Source of the DNA: Leucoraja ocellata
Lineage: Eukaryota
Assembly (NCBI GenBank): GCA_036785375.1
Contig: JAWMAR010000211.1
Span: 3,162,001-3,226,000, forward strand
Direction of reading: 5' to 3'
DNA length: 64,000 nt
Of this stretch, positions 26,641-38,709 are shown piece after piece (position 1 is the stretch's first letter; each line of letters opens with the position of its first letter). Below the pieces are notes generated by a model that saw only the letters and a program-made list of their open reading frames with translations, was not told the origin of the DNA and did not search any database. A program made the translations under genes and the position numbers.

Positions 26641-27065
26641 TGGGCTGGTCCCACTTAGGCTATTTTTAGGCGACTGCTGGCGACTGTCATAGTCGTAGCA
26701 GGTCGCCGAGAAACCAACGACTGGACCCCCCCCTTCGACAAAAAATTAGAAATAAAATCATTACTTTAACAAAGAAAAAACGAAGTCAGCACCGGCGACA
26801 ATCTACGTTAACCTGGCGACAACTATAACAGCACCTACGTCAGGAGAAGTCAAGCTACGCTCATTGGTGTCAAAGCCACAGTTGCCGACTGTCTCCGAAA
26901 ATGTTTCAACATGTTGAAAATCTAGAGGCGACCAGAAAGATGCTACGACTCTTTGGGCGACTGAGGAGACGACTCACGACCACACAGGTGACACCCCGGC
27001 AACCACGTGGCAACAGCCTAGTCGCCTGTAGTCGCCTAAAAATTTGCTTAAGTGGAACAGGCCCA
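26641..27065. mobile_element. PIF/Harbinger-type MITE, subfamily D
   Basis: TIR TGGGCTGGTCCCACTTAGGC / GCTTAAGTGGAACAGGCCCA; perfect TTA TSD (26638-26640, 27066-27068); central palindrome 26903-26920. Confidence 0.85.
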
Positions 27066-27170
27066 TTACAATGGCCTGTTTCCTTTATCATTACTTTTTT
27101 GCATATCTTTCATTCATTGTTCCTTATCTCTCCACATCACCGTCTATATCTCTCGTTTCCCTTATCTCCA

Positions 27171-27210
27171 ACCAGTCTGAAGAAGGGTCTCGACCCGAAA
27201 CGTCACCCAC
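27171..27210 (+). ncRNA. Minimal type I hammerhead ribozyme motif in Penelope pLTR (core intact)
   Basis: CTGAAGA-A-GGGT CTCG ACCC-GAAA-CGTC^: CUGANGA and GAAA boxes, stem II, palindromic ACGT stem III, GUC cleavage triplet (C27204). Confidence 0.7.
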
Positions 27211-28024
27211 TCCTTCTCTCCAGAAATACTGCCTATCCCACTGAGTTACTCCAGCATTTTGTGTCTAAGGTCATAATATTGAGTCGCTGCTAGCAAAACA
27301 CGTTGAACTGAATTGTGAAATGACTCAATGGCCATTTCTGGTTGTCCATCTTTCCCAGGTGTTCTGCGATCTTTGCTCCTGAGACTGAGGGGATGTGTCA
27401 AATACAGTAGAATGATGCGCATTTGTTGTGGATAAGTATAAGACCGAGGCATAGGCAGAATTAAGCTGAGTGCCATTGTCAATTAGATGGGAATAGATGA
27501 TGGATATTATTGGGTGTACCTGCAAGCCAAATTGGAGGGATGAGAGAGCTGCCGGACTGGATTTAAGAGGATCAATTTGTGTGTTGGGATTAGAGATCAA
27601 ATTAGAGGTAAAACCCAGTATGAACCTGAGATGACTACACCTATATTAAATCCGATCCCAGGACAAGAATTTTAAATTTATTTTTGCTTCCCAAACTGTT
27701 TAAGCGTGTCAGGCTAGAGTTGAATAGCCAAGCTCAAAATAAAGTGCTGCATCTGGTGCATTAATTTATAATGAGCCAGCCTGGCACACTTTGACTGGAA
27801 CTGCCAGTTTAAATGGATCCCATTAAAGTGAGCTTGTGTTTCACCTCAGGTTTGAGGTCGATTGTGTTGATTGTGCCATTTCTGCTGTGTTGAGTCCATT
27901 AAAGTTCTCTCAGTATTGAATCAACAAAGTAGACCGCTGGGCTCCTATTGCAAATATCGTAGGAAACCTCCTGCCACATCTTAATTATTTTACTGTGGAT
28001 TGTTTAATGTTTAAAGAGCACCAG

Positions 28025-29941
28025 AAGATAACTAAAAAGACAACACAGGGAGAAAAGATGAGGTACAAAGGTAAGCTAGCCTAGAATATAAAGGAGGATA
28101 GTAAAAGCTTGTTTAGGTATGTGAAGAGGAAAAAAGTAGTTAAGACCAAACTTGGACCCTTGAAGACCGAAAAAGGTGAATTTATTATGGGGAACAAGGA
28201 AATGGCAGATGATTTGAACAGGTACTTTGGATCTGTCTTCACTAAGGAGGACACAAACAATCTTCCTGACATAGTAGTAGCCAGAGGATCTGGGGAGACG
28301 GAGGAACTGAAGGAAATCCACATTAGGCAGGAAATGGTGTTGGATAGACTGATGGGACTGATGGCTGATAAATCCCCAGGGCCTGATGGTCTGCATCCCA
28401 GGGTACTTTAGGAAGTGGCTCTAGAAATCGTGGCTGCATTGGTGATAATTTTCCAACGTTCTATAGACTCAGGATCAGTTCCTGTGGATTGGAGGGTAGC
28501 TAATGTTATTCCACTTTTTAAGAAAGGCAGGGGAGAGAAAACAGGGAATTATAGACCAGTTAGCCTGACATCGGTGGTGGGGAAGATGCTGGAGAATTAT
28601 AAAAGATGAAATAGCCGCACATTTGGATAGCAGTAACAGGATCGGTCCGAGTCAGCATGGATTTACAAAGGGGAAATCATGCTTGACTAATCTTCTGGAA
28701 TTTTTTGAAGATATAACTAGGGAAATGGACAAGGGAGAGCCAGTGGATGTAGTGTACCTGGACATTCAGAAAGCATTTGATAAGGTCCCACATAGGAGAT
28801 TAGTGGGCAAAATTAGGGCACATGGTATTGGGGGTAGAGTGCTGACATGGATAGAAAATTGGTTGGAAGACAGGAAACAAAGAGTAGGGATTAACGGGTC
28901 CTTTTCAGAATGGCAGGCAGTGACTAGTGGGGTACCACAAGGCTCGGTGCTGGGACCGTAGCTATTTACAATGTACATCAATGATTTGGATGAAGGGATT
29001 CAAAGTAACATTAGCAAATTTGCAGATGACACAGAGCTGGGTGGAAGTGTGAACTGTGAGGAGGATGCTATGAGAATGCAGGGTGACCTGAACAGGTTGG
29101 GGGAGTGGGCAGATGCATGGCAGATGAAGTTTAATGTGGGTAAATGTGAGGTTATCCACTTTGGTAGTAAAAACAGGAAGGCAGGTTACTATCTAAATGG
29201 CGTCAAGTTGGAAAAGGGGAAGTACAACGTGATCTGGGGGTCCTTGTTCATCAGTCTATGAAAGTAAGCATACAGGTACAGCAGGCAGTGAAGAAAGTGA
29301 ACTGCATGTTGGCCTTTATAATAAGAGGAGTCAAATGTAGGAGCAAAGAGGTCCTTCTGCAGTTACACAGAGCCCTAGTGAGACCACACCTGGAGTACTG
29401 TGTGCACTTATGGTCCTCTAATTTGAGGAAGGACATTCTTGCTATTCAGGGAGTGCAGCACAGGTTTACAAGGTTAATTCCCGGGATGGCGGGACTGTCA
29501 TATGCTGAGAGAATGGAGCAGCTGGGCTTGTACACTCTGGAGTTTAGAAGGATGAGAGGCGATCTCATTGAAACATATAAGATTGCTAAAGGCTTGGACA
29601 CACTAGAGGCAGGAAACATGTTCCCGATGTTTGGGGAGTCCAGAACCAGGGGCCACAGTTTAAGAATAAGGAGTAAACCATTTAGAACGGAGACGAGGAA
29701 CTTTTTCTCACAGAGAGTTGTGAGTCTGTGGAATTATCTACCTCAGCGGGTGGTGGAGGCAGGTTCTCTGGATGCTTTCAAGAGAGAGTTAGATAGGGTT
29801 CTTAAAAATAGTGGAGTCAGGGGATATGGGGAGAAGGCAGGAATGGGGTACTGATTGTGGATGATCAGCCATGATCACATTAAATGGCGGTGCTGGCTCG
29901 AAGGGCTGAATGGCCTACTCCTGCACCTATTGTCTATTGTC
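28025..29941 (+). mobile_element. CR1/HER1 LINE, 5'-truncated, disrupted ORF2 (reverse transcriptase)
   Basis: KSPGPDGLHPRVL, NYRPVSLTSVVGK, YLDIQKAFDKVPH, GVPQGSVLGP, YINDLD, FADD; stops at 28409-28411 and 28959-28961 plus frameshifts; (CTATTGT)n tail. Confidence 0.95.
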
Positions 29942-31888
29942 TTTTGATTCCGACCTGCAAGATTTTATAGTCTTCAATGTCACAGAGTGATACAGTGTGG
30001 AAACAGGCCCTTCGGCCCAACTTGTCCACATCGGCCAACATGTCCCAGCTTCATTAGTCCCACCTGCCCGTATTTGATCCATATCCGTCCAAATCCATCC
30101 TATCCATGTACCTGTCTAACTGTTTCTTAAATGTTGGGATATCGTATTCGAAGGCATCACAAAATCTGGTAGCTTTGTAGTCTGAATCCTTTCTGCCAAC
30201 TTGGTACGGTGCTCACTATCCAAAATCATTTAATTAGAATCATAGCCACACAGCATGGTAGCAGGCCCTTCAGCCCAACTCGTCCATACCGGCCAAGATG
30301 TCCACCTCAGCTTGTTCCACTTGCTCGAGTTTGACTATATCCCTCTAAAACATTTTCAGCATGGAGAGATTTCCAGCATTGCATGCATGGAGTTTCACTG
30401 CTCAGGTACCAGGAAGAACAGCAATGATGCAGGAAGTCACAGGCTGATTAAAAGTGACTGGTGGATGCACATATGTGGGCATTGGACAATGATGCTGACT
30501 GCCACCATTTCTGGTCTGTTGCACCAGATCCAAATAAAACAGAAAGCAGACTTTTCCAGTGAGAAAGGACGATGATTTTTTAAAAAATCTCCCTTTATAG
30601 AGGTAATAAATCCGGCAGATCTGCTTCATTAACTATTTGTGTTTCCATTGGTAGAATCTGAGTAAATAGCACCTGGAATTAATTGTCAGTGTGGAGGGAT
30701 GTGCAGGGAAATAAACAAAAATGTCTTTTGCAATTTGTTGACACACGGAATGTGAGTTGCTTTTGTGTATTGTTAGTGAAATTAAAACTGGGGTTTAATG
30801 CATCCAATAATTTGAAAATGAAATTATGCTGATTGGGAAACTATGGAAATAATTCCACAGTGGGGAAGAACTCATCAACGGTATGTTTTACAACATTGAC
30901 AAGACATTAAGGTTCCATTGACTTACGGAATATAGTGTAAAGGTACAGAATACCATAGAGTCTATTCTTGTATACGGAAAATATTTTATTTAAGTAGATT
31001 GCGTGGCAAGGCATTGGCAATCAGGCTGCTTTGCAATATAATGTTGCAATGCCGTTTTGTTCTGTAATTCATCACTTGGTAGAATCTGGATTGCCATCTG
31101 GCAATTGCCAAACACAGGCAACGATCCTCCCCAAGAGATGAGGAAAAAATTAGAAGGTGAATCACCTTGTTCTTGCACTTCCTGTTAACCAGTTAATTGA
31201 TGCTAAAAATCTGGCAAAATGCCCACGTCTATGCTTACAGAGTGGAAAGTGATAGATGAGAGGAAAAGTGGCTAATGACATTATATATTTCAGTTTTAAA
31301 GTGTATTTATATGGAAGCTTTGTCTCAGGAACACATTTTTCCCAGCTGTTATCAGGCAAAAGAGCGGTCCTCTCGGCAGCTGCAGTGGAGTCGTTACTCC
31401 CATCTACCTGATTTGGGTAGGAATGTTACAAAATTTTGAGATTTTTAAATTAAACCCTGTAATTTATCCCATAAGATAAAGCATAAAAAGAACGTTAATT
31501 TCACACCTAATTCACTTTCATATCTTCAGTATTAAAATAATTATGGTCATTTTCATACTCGGAAATTAGCATCTTGTTCCCTATTGCTTTTCCATTAATT
31601 GAACACAAAAGCTCTTATCGAGGACAGTCAATTGACATAAAAGCCCATAACTTTGTTAAAAATTAAGTGAACTGAATGAAATTTTCAATTATAGATTGAA
31701 ACATTCTGAAACAAATATGGTACATCTTACCTGGATAGCCTGAAATTAAAGTATATAATTAGTTAATTACCTAATTAGGTAGCTAATTACAAAATTAACC
31801 GTTGTGACAGAAATAGTAATAAACACCCAGACTGCCTTGAAAATTCAAAAATGTGATATTCTCAAGATCAAAACTTTAATATTATTGT

Positions 31889-32150
31889 GTTTAAGAAGGA
31901 ACTGCAGATGCTGGAAAATCGATTGGTACACAAAAATGCTGGAGAAACTCAGCGGGTGCAGCAGCATCTATGGAGAGAAGGAAATAGGCAACGTTTCAGG
32001 CCGAAACCCATCTTCAGACGGAGCAAAGGAATTGGGCAATGTTTCGGGCTGAAACGTCTGAAGAAGAGTTTTGGCCCGAAACGTTGCCTATTTCCTTTGC
32101 TCCATAGATGCTGCTGCACCCGCTGAGTTTCTCCAGCACTTTTGTGTACC
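31889..32150. mobile_element. Inverted Penelope pLTR pair, 14-bp TSD
   Basis: TTTAATATTATTGT at 31875-31888 and 32151-32164; inverted arms, each with a hammerhead-like core. Confidence 0.85.
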
Positions 32151-32499
32151 TTTAATATTATTGTAATGTTAAAACAAATAGTAAATACCCAACAAAAAAA
32201 TAATCTTCATCAGTGTCATAAAGTCAATTAAACTCATCTAAATTTAATTACTAGATCTAAACATCTATCCCATTCTTAAGAAAAGGCTAAAAAAAAAATT
32301 TAAATAGCCAAAGTATCTAAATAACAAACTGATCCCATTCACACAAGAATTCACAATATAACATGATTTTTAAATCCCTCTTTGTCAAGAATTGCTATGC
32401 CAAATCAAAGGAATTGAAGGTTTAATCCCCATAAATTTTACTCTGTTGGTTTATAACACTGCAGCAGGCAAGGGCCATTTTACACAGACATCTGTTCAA

Positions 32500-32792
32500 A
32501 ATCCACAAACATCCACTCTCAAGATAATCAAAATCCTTATTCTTTGCACAATCATGTCATGAACATCTGAATGATCTATATGTTGTGTAATTGTCTATAT
32601 ATGATCAATATTTTCATACTAAATATCTGACAAAAACTATGTACTGTGGAAGTTTTTTGTCAGATATTTAGTATGAAAATATTGATCATGGATAGACAAT
32701 AACACACAATATAGATAATTTAGATATTCTTATGACATGATTGTGCAAAAAATAATGAATTTGATTATCTTGAGAGTGGATGTTTGTGGATT
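32500..32792. repeat. About 140-bp-arm inverted repeat (hairpin) with 12-nt spacer
   Basis: 32500-32638 vs 32651-32792; the innermost ~36 bp are perfectly complementary. Confidence 0.9.
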
Positions 32793-33522
32793 AAGATACA
32801 GAGATCGGATTGTTGCCGCCGCCATGATTTTGCGCAGTCACACGCAAGACAGGGCTGGTACGGGGCCTAAATAACATATTTTGCATCATCAGATTAAAAT
32901 GAAATTACACCAAAAACTAGATAGGATGTTAAATAAACGCCCGACAGAACATACCTTTTGCTTTGTCCTGAACTTGCGATCCGTGATTTTTAAGGCATTT
33001 TAATCTGATGATTTTCAACCAGCGATTCAATAGTTAAACAACATTTTTAAAAAACCACGAACGAGATCACAGAACAAAATTTCCTCATAAAGCTTGTTTT
33101 AATAGGAAATCCCTCCCTGACAACCAATAAAAACCTGCATTTTACTAACCCAATCCCACAACCTCTCGAGTCGCATGCACAGGCAGTGAGCAGATCAAGA
33201 GCACCACTGATGGCAGGAATTTGTAACAACACTAATTGGAGACCTCCGAACTATTATTAATCAGACTTTATCGGACTTCAATGTTCGATGATGCATAAAT
33301 TTTGCACCCTTGATTCTTTATCTGCGCACTGTGGATGACTTGATTGTATCCAGGTATTCTTTTCTTTGACTGGATAGCACGCAAACAAAAGTTTTTCTCT
33401 GTACCTCAGTACACGTGACAATAATAAACTAAGCCAAACTAAACCAAACCAAACCAAACCTAAGTGAAGTGAAGTGAAGTGAACCAAGCAAGGTGGAATG
33501 TTTTTGGTGCTTTACCCTACTG

Positions 33523-34400
33523 TAGGTATGTTGCAAAGCCTACCTGAAGCATTGCTGAAGATCTGTCCCAGCCCGTGTGCGCGATTTTGGCGCCGTTTAG
33601 AGAAGTGCGGGTTTAAAACCTGATTTTCCCTAGGCTGTTCAAATCGAGGTTTTTCAGCCTAGTTAATTATTAACGAAAAATCGCTGGAAGATTCCGTAGC
33701 TGGAGCTATTTTCAGTTTTAAGGGTTTTCTTTACTTGTTATAGTAGGTTAAAAATTAACCTCTAAACCCCCGACCGCCGACAACGGGTCGGATCTCATAC
33801 AAGGGAAAACGGAAGGTAGGCTGTTTATTTTTACGTTAAAAAGGGCTTCTTAAGATCCCTTTATACAAAGTTTAATGTTGCGAGTAGCTAATTTGGGCCC
33901 CATTATATCCCGCAGTATTTTTCTGGGCATTTGGGGCACAAATCTAGCGCAATGTGAACGTTCTGAACCAGCGCGTTCCACAGGATCCCACTGAAAAGCT
34001 GATTTAAATTGACTTTAATTTACAGCAATTGAACACTAAATTCCTTCCATTTGTCCTATAAATTAATGCAAATGAGATTTAAAAATCATGTTTTATTGTG
34101 AATTATTTGTGAATATTATTTGGACACTTAGGCTATTTAAAAATGTTAATCATTTATTAAGAAATGGATAGATGTTTAGATCTAATAATTGAAGTCTGAA
34201 ATTAGCTACAATTGGGTAACTAACTAATTATATGCTTTAATTTCAGGTCATCCAAGTAAGATTATTTTATATTTGTTTCAGAATGCTTCAATCTATGATA
34301 ACTGAAAATGTCATTCAGTTCTCTTAATTTTTAAGAAAGTTATGGGCTTTTGACTATGCACGATCACAGCTTTTTTGTTATGTCCATAGAAAATCAATAG
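33523..34400. mobile_element. Related TAG-terminated DNA transposon fragment, opposite orientation, truncated
   Basis: Starts TAGGTATGTTGCAAA; about 34050-34400 is a diverged reverse complement of 31581-31790 + 32245-32400. Confidence 0.55.
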
Positions 34401-34611
34401 TATGTTCTCCCCATGACCTGTTTTGGTTTTCTCTGAGATCTTCGGTTTCCTCCCACATTCCAAAGACATACAGCTTTGTAGGTTATTTGGCTTGGTAAAT
34501 GTAAAAAAAAAAATGCCCCTAGTGTGTTTAGGATAGTGTTAATGTGTGGGGATAATCTGGTCGGCGCAGACCTGGTCAGCCGAAGGGCCTGTTTCCGCGC
34601 TGTATCTCTAA
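34400..34611 (+). mobile_element. HE1-like V-SINE, head missing
   Basis: V-domain and GGGCCTGTTTCCGCGCTGTATCTCTAAA tail. Confidence 0.8.
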
Positions 34612-35310
34612 AATATTTTTTAAAAGATGTTTTTACTGGTTTGTTCATAAGGTTATGTTTAACATAATGGTTGTTTAACATAACCATATATGAATTTTTC
34701 CTTGTGTTCATTCCATAATGAAACAGATAAACACTTTGAGGTGGCAAAGGATACATGGATTATCATTTGCAGTGCAGTTGCCCCTTCTGTTTCTAATGCA
34801 CTTCAGGTTCATGCCTCCTGTGTGTTGCAGTAATTGGCCACCGTGAATAGCATGAGACCTATGCAATGAACAGCTAGAGTTACTTGACAATAGCCATAAA
34901 CTCAACTTGCATCTTGTAAAGTGAACGTGGGTACATTTAGGCAACAGTATGTATTTTTGAAACTCAATCTGCCATTTGAAGAAAGGAGATTAATTTCTAA
35001 TTCTAAATTCATTTCACATGTGACGAATAAAATTGACTTTGACTTTGACTTTTAGCTACAGTACATGGGAGAGAGGAGGCTCAGGTTTTCTGGGATCCCA
35101 TATTTTTGTTAACTTCTTTCTCAACATGTCCTTCCATTTGCTATGTTTAATACAATATACACCTTGGTTTCTCTGCACCTGCACATTTTTAGTAAAGTAC
35201 TATTGTTAGCATGTATTATCATTTCCAGCTCTTTCTGCGAGAATAAAATCTCCTCTGGTTTCTCTGTATTAAACTGTATCTACTACTCATCTGCTCGTTT
35301 TCCAGCCTTA

Positions 35311-35885
35311 AGGGGCTGTCCCACTTGGACGACCTAATCCACGAGTTTAGAAGACACAAGACGAGTTGAAAAAAATATCAAGGTCTTGTTGACTCGCCAA
35401 TGTAAAAGACCTCCTACGACTATGTCTATGACCTCCTACGACTATTTCTACGACCTCCTACGACCCCCCTCGACCTCAGTCTTCCACACCTAAGACCAAT
35501 TACCACTAGCTATGAGTGGAAAATGATCACATGATAAAATTATGTCATGTTTGCATTCTTTTTCCTCGGGCCAGTTACTGACCTACTACTACCTACAACT
35601 ACCTACAACTAACATCACGACCTACCAAGACCTACCTACGAGTAAAAAGTATCAATTTTTTCCATGCAACCTTTTTTTTACTCGTGAACATTTTCAATTA
35701 GGCTGGAAAAAACGCCACGACCTACTTGAGACCACGAGTATGTGGAGACCACTCACGAGCATGAGGAAGAGTTACAAAGACCTCCTATGACCTCCTACGA
35801 CCTCGTGTCGACCATGCTGCGAATATGAGTCAAGGACAAACTTGGCAGAGGTCGCCAATTAGGTTGTGAAAGTGGGACAGAGGCT
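35311..35885. mobile_element. PIF/Harbinger-type MITE, subfamily E
   Basis: AGGGGCTGTCCCACTT ... AAGTGGGACAG; TTA TSD; internal CTACGAC repeats; reverse-complement relative of 55769-56295. Confidence 0.8.
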
Positions 35886-36040
35886 TTACTATGCTCACTT
35901 GCTGCCGATAACTGTCTTCCTTACCGATCACCATATCTTCAAGATTGGTGCCTCTTGCTAATTTTGAAATTTTCCTCACATTCACATAACCCCAACATAT
36001 TAATACATATTGACTCTTGAAGTACAACTAATAATAGAAA

Positions 36041-36345
36041 TGTTTAGGAAGGAACTGCAGGTGCTGGTTTCTTCCTAAGATTGACATACAAAGCTGGAGT
36101 AACTCTGCGGGTCAGACAGCATCTCTGGAGAGAAGGGATAGGTGAAGTTTCGGGTCAAGACTCCTCGTCAGACTGAGAGTCAGTGGAAAGGGAAACTAGA
36201 GATATAGACGGTGATATAGAGAGATATAAAACAAATGAATGAAAGATATGCAAAAAAGTAACGATGATAAAGGCTATTGTTAGCTGTTGTCTAAGTGAAA
36301 AAGAGTTATGGACAATGAGACTCCACAAGACGACTGCAGCTATTG
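36041..36345 (-). mobile_element. Penelope pLTR
   Basis: AGGAAGGAACTGCAG start; hammerhead-like core on - strand near 36141-36175. Confidence 0.7.
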
Positions 36346-36354
36346 CAACCCTGG

Positions 36355-37125
36355 ATGGGGGAGGGTACCATTGACTATCAGAGGGGACTGTGTGGAGAGG
36401 GTGGCGGATTTCCGCTTCCTGGGAATCCATATTGAGGAGGACCTGACATGGAGCGTGAACACCACTGCGCTGCTGAAAAAGGTCCAGCAGAGACTGCACT
36501 TCCTGAGGGTGCTCAGGAAGAATAACATCACTCAGAGACTGCTGCTGTCCTTTTATCGGTGCTCCATTGAGAGCATACTAACCTACTGTGTATGCGTGTG
36601 GTACACCAGCTGCACAGCGGCTCAGAGGAAAGCGCTCCAGAGGTCCATTGACAACGCCCAGAGGATTGTCGGCTGCCCTCTCCTTACCTTGGAGGACTTA
36701 CACAGTTCCCGCTGCATCAAAAAATCCCAGAGTATTATAAAGGACATTTTCCACCCCGAACACTCCCTGTTTGAACTGTTGCCGTCAGGCAGACGGTACA
36801 GATCTACAAGGACAAGGACGGACAGACTAAAAAACAGTTTTTACCCCACTGCTATTAAAGCACTAAATGTAGCCGCCAAGGAACGCAGGGTTGATACATA
36901 CTAAGGGACTGTGGTACACTATGAAATCGACAGAAGGATGGAGGGTTGGGAGTTTATGCGTGCTATTTTCATGATATTTATTTTAGTTGTTTATCTTTTA
37001 ATATTTTATCTTGTATGTATCGTTAGCTTTTAGAAATGTTTGAATGGTGCACTGACTGGCTGACATTTTTAATTTTCGTTGTACATGGTTCATGTTACAA
37101 TGACAATAAAGAAACTATTCTATTC
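36355..37125 (+). mobile_element. Rex1/Babar LINE 3' fragment (open ORF2 C-terminus)
   Basis: VERVADFRFLGIHIEEDLTW..QQRLHFLRVL..FYRCSIESILTY..HPEHSLFELLPSGRRYRS..RLKNSFYPTAI; tail TGACAATAAAG..(CTATT)n. Confidence 0.9.
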
Positions 37126-37955
37126 GAAGGAAAGAGTTCACTGTATTACCGATCGTAATAATATTGTGCCAAAAACAAACTGCTGGAGGAACTCAGAGTG
37201 TTAGCAGTATCTGTGGAAGGAAGTGGACAGATGATGTTTCTAATATTGCACTTTAAATGCAATGTTTTTCAGGTTAGATAACCACGGCAATGGACGTTGA
37301 AATGGCTGTTTGGACAACATAATAGATGAATTAAATGGAATCAAAATCCGGCGTTTTAATAATTATGTATAATGCTATTGTTTTTAACCACCCTGAACTA
37401 GCGATTTTCTCTAACCACATTTCTATTTTGTGTGTGGCATGGCATACTGATACCCATTGATGATTCATACATTGTGTAGAATAAATATTGAAAATCTTGA
37501 CAGGAGTCATTTTGCTGAATTCATGTTAGTCTATTATAACACAAGCACGTAGGTGTTGATAGATTACATGATTGGTAATAGGACATTGCCTGTTGTTTAC
37601 ATTGATATGTTTGACTCCTCACTTTCTTATATAAACTATTAAACTGTTTCTGAGTTTCATTTATCTAAACACAATAGAGGGTAATTTTACAAGTCTGCAC
37701 TCACGATAAGAAGCCTTAATGCGAATCTGAGGATGTTCAGGGATGAATTTAAAAGTTAAAACCAGCAGAGGCCATTGTGAATTTACAAAATGCTTGTCAT
37801 GAACAAGACACAATACAAGTGGCATAGACTCAAAAAGAACAGAACTGGTTATTTGTACCTGAACAGAACATAGCTGTTTTTCTACATTAAATTCTAAAAA
37901 TCAACTTGAATTATCAGACGCCTGCCTGGAAATTGAACTCAGGTCATTAGTGTTA

Positions 37956-38200
37956 AGGGCCTGTCTCACTTGCTGGTTTTTTTTGGTGACTACGGGCATC
38001 ATTGACTGGTGTATAAGGTCACCGAAAAATTTGCGCCGTGATGCGGCGGCGACGCAGCGTGACGACGTATGACGTGCGGGGTTTTTCCAAGTGTCGCAAC
38101 ATTTATTTGCGCTGCTGGATTTCGAAATGTTCTAAATATTTTGGCGACACTGATATGATGCTGGCAGTCACCGAGAAAATCGCCATGTGAGACAGGCCCT
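37956..38200. mobile_element. PIF/Harbinger-type MITE, subfamily F
   Basis: AGGGCCTGTCTCAC / GTGAGACAGGCCCT with perfect TTA TSD (37953-37955, 38201-38203). Confidence 0.85.
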
Positions 38201-38424
38201 TTAGTCACACTGTCGACTAGTGTCAAGACACTGTATTTTGCCTTTGAAATTCATTTCATTAAAGACATTGGAATGAATTTCAGAGGCAGACAGCAATTCA
38301 CTGTACACTGAATAGCACATTTAGCCTTATTGACTAGAGAAGTGTTTCCAGGTAAAATGTTCCCTGTGGATTGTCAACAGCATCTGTCCGATTTTTGTGG
38401 TGACTATTATTAAAAAGAACATGA

Positions 38425-38577
<153 letters not shown>

Positions 38578-38703
38578 CTTCAAGAAATAAGTAATGCCCT
38601 TTCAAAGAAATTCATTCCGAAAGAAATTCTGACACAGGAAAAATAATGTTTTTTTATATAATTTGACATCAATACACATTGGTCTGTATAAAGCTAATAC
38701 ACC

Positions 38704-38709
38704 ATTAAA
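38704..38709 (+). promoter_or_regulatory. Candidate polyadenylation signal ATTAAA (alternatives: AATAAA near 39838 and 40008)
   Basis: First canonical-type hexamer after the DNTT stop; no transcript evidence. Confidence 0.3.

Larger units (their letters stand above)
26360..27270 (+). mobile_element. Penelope-like element 3' part, interrupted by MITE D
   Basis: QPDLPVAGHFNSPSH..KLEEQHLIICLGSLEPSGMNIDF; pLTR resumes after 27068. Confidence 0.8.
31418..33234. mobile_element. Non-autonomous TAG...CTA DNA transposon (hAT-like, unclassified) inserted in a Rex/Babar 3' UTR
   Basis: Imperfect TIR TAGGAATGTTACAAA / TTTGTAACAACACTA; host sequence resumes on both sides (about 31330-31417 and 33235-33490); flanks ATTTGGG/ATTGGAG only partly match. 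Confidence 0.55.

Noticed and set aside
37261-37300. TTTTCAG followed by LDNHG, resembling TdT LDNHAL
   Set aside because: Frame stops four codons later, no FERDLRR upstream and no donor; treated as coincidence.
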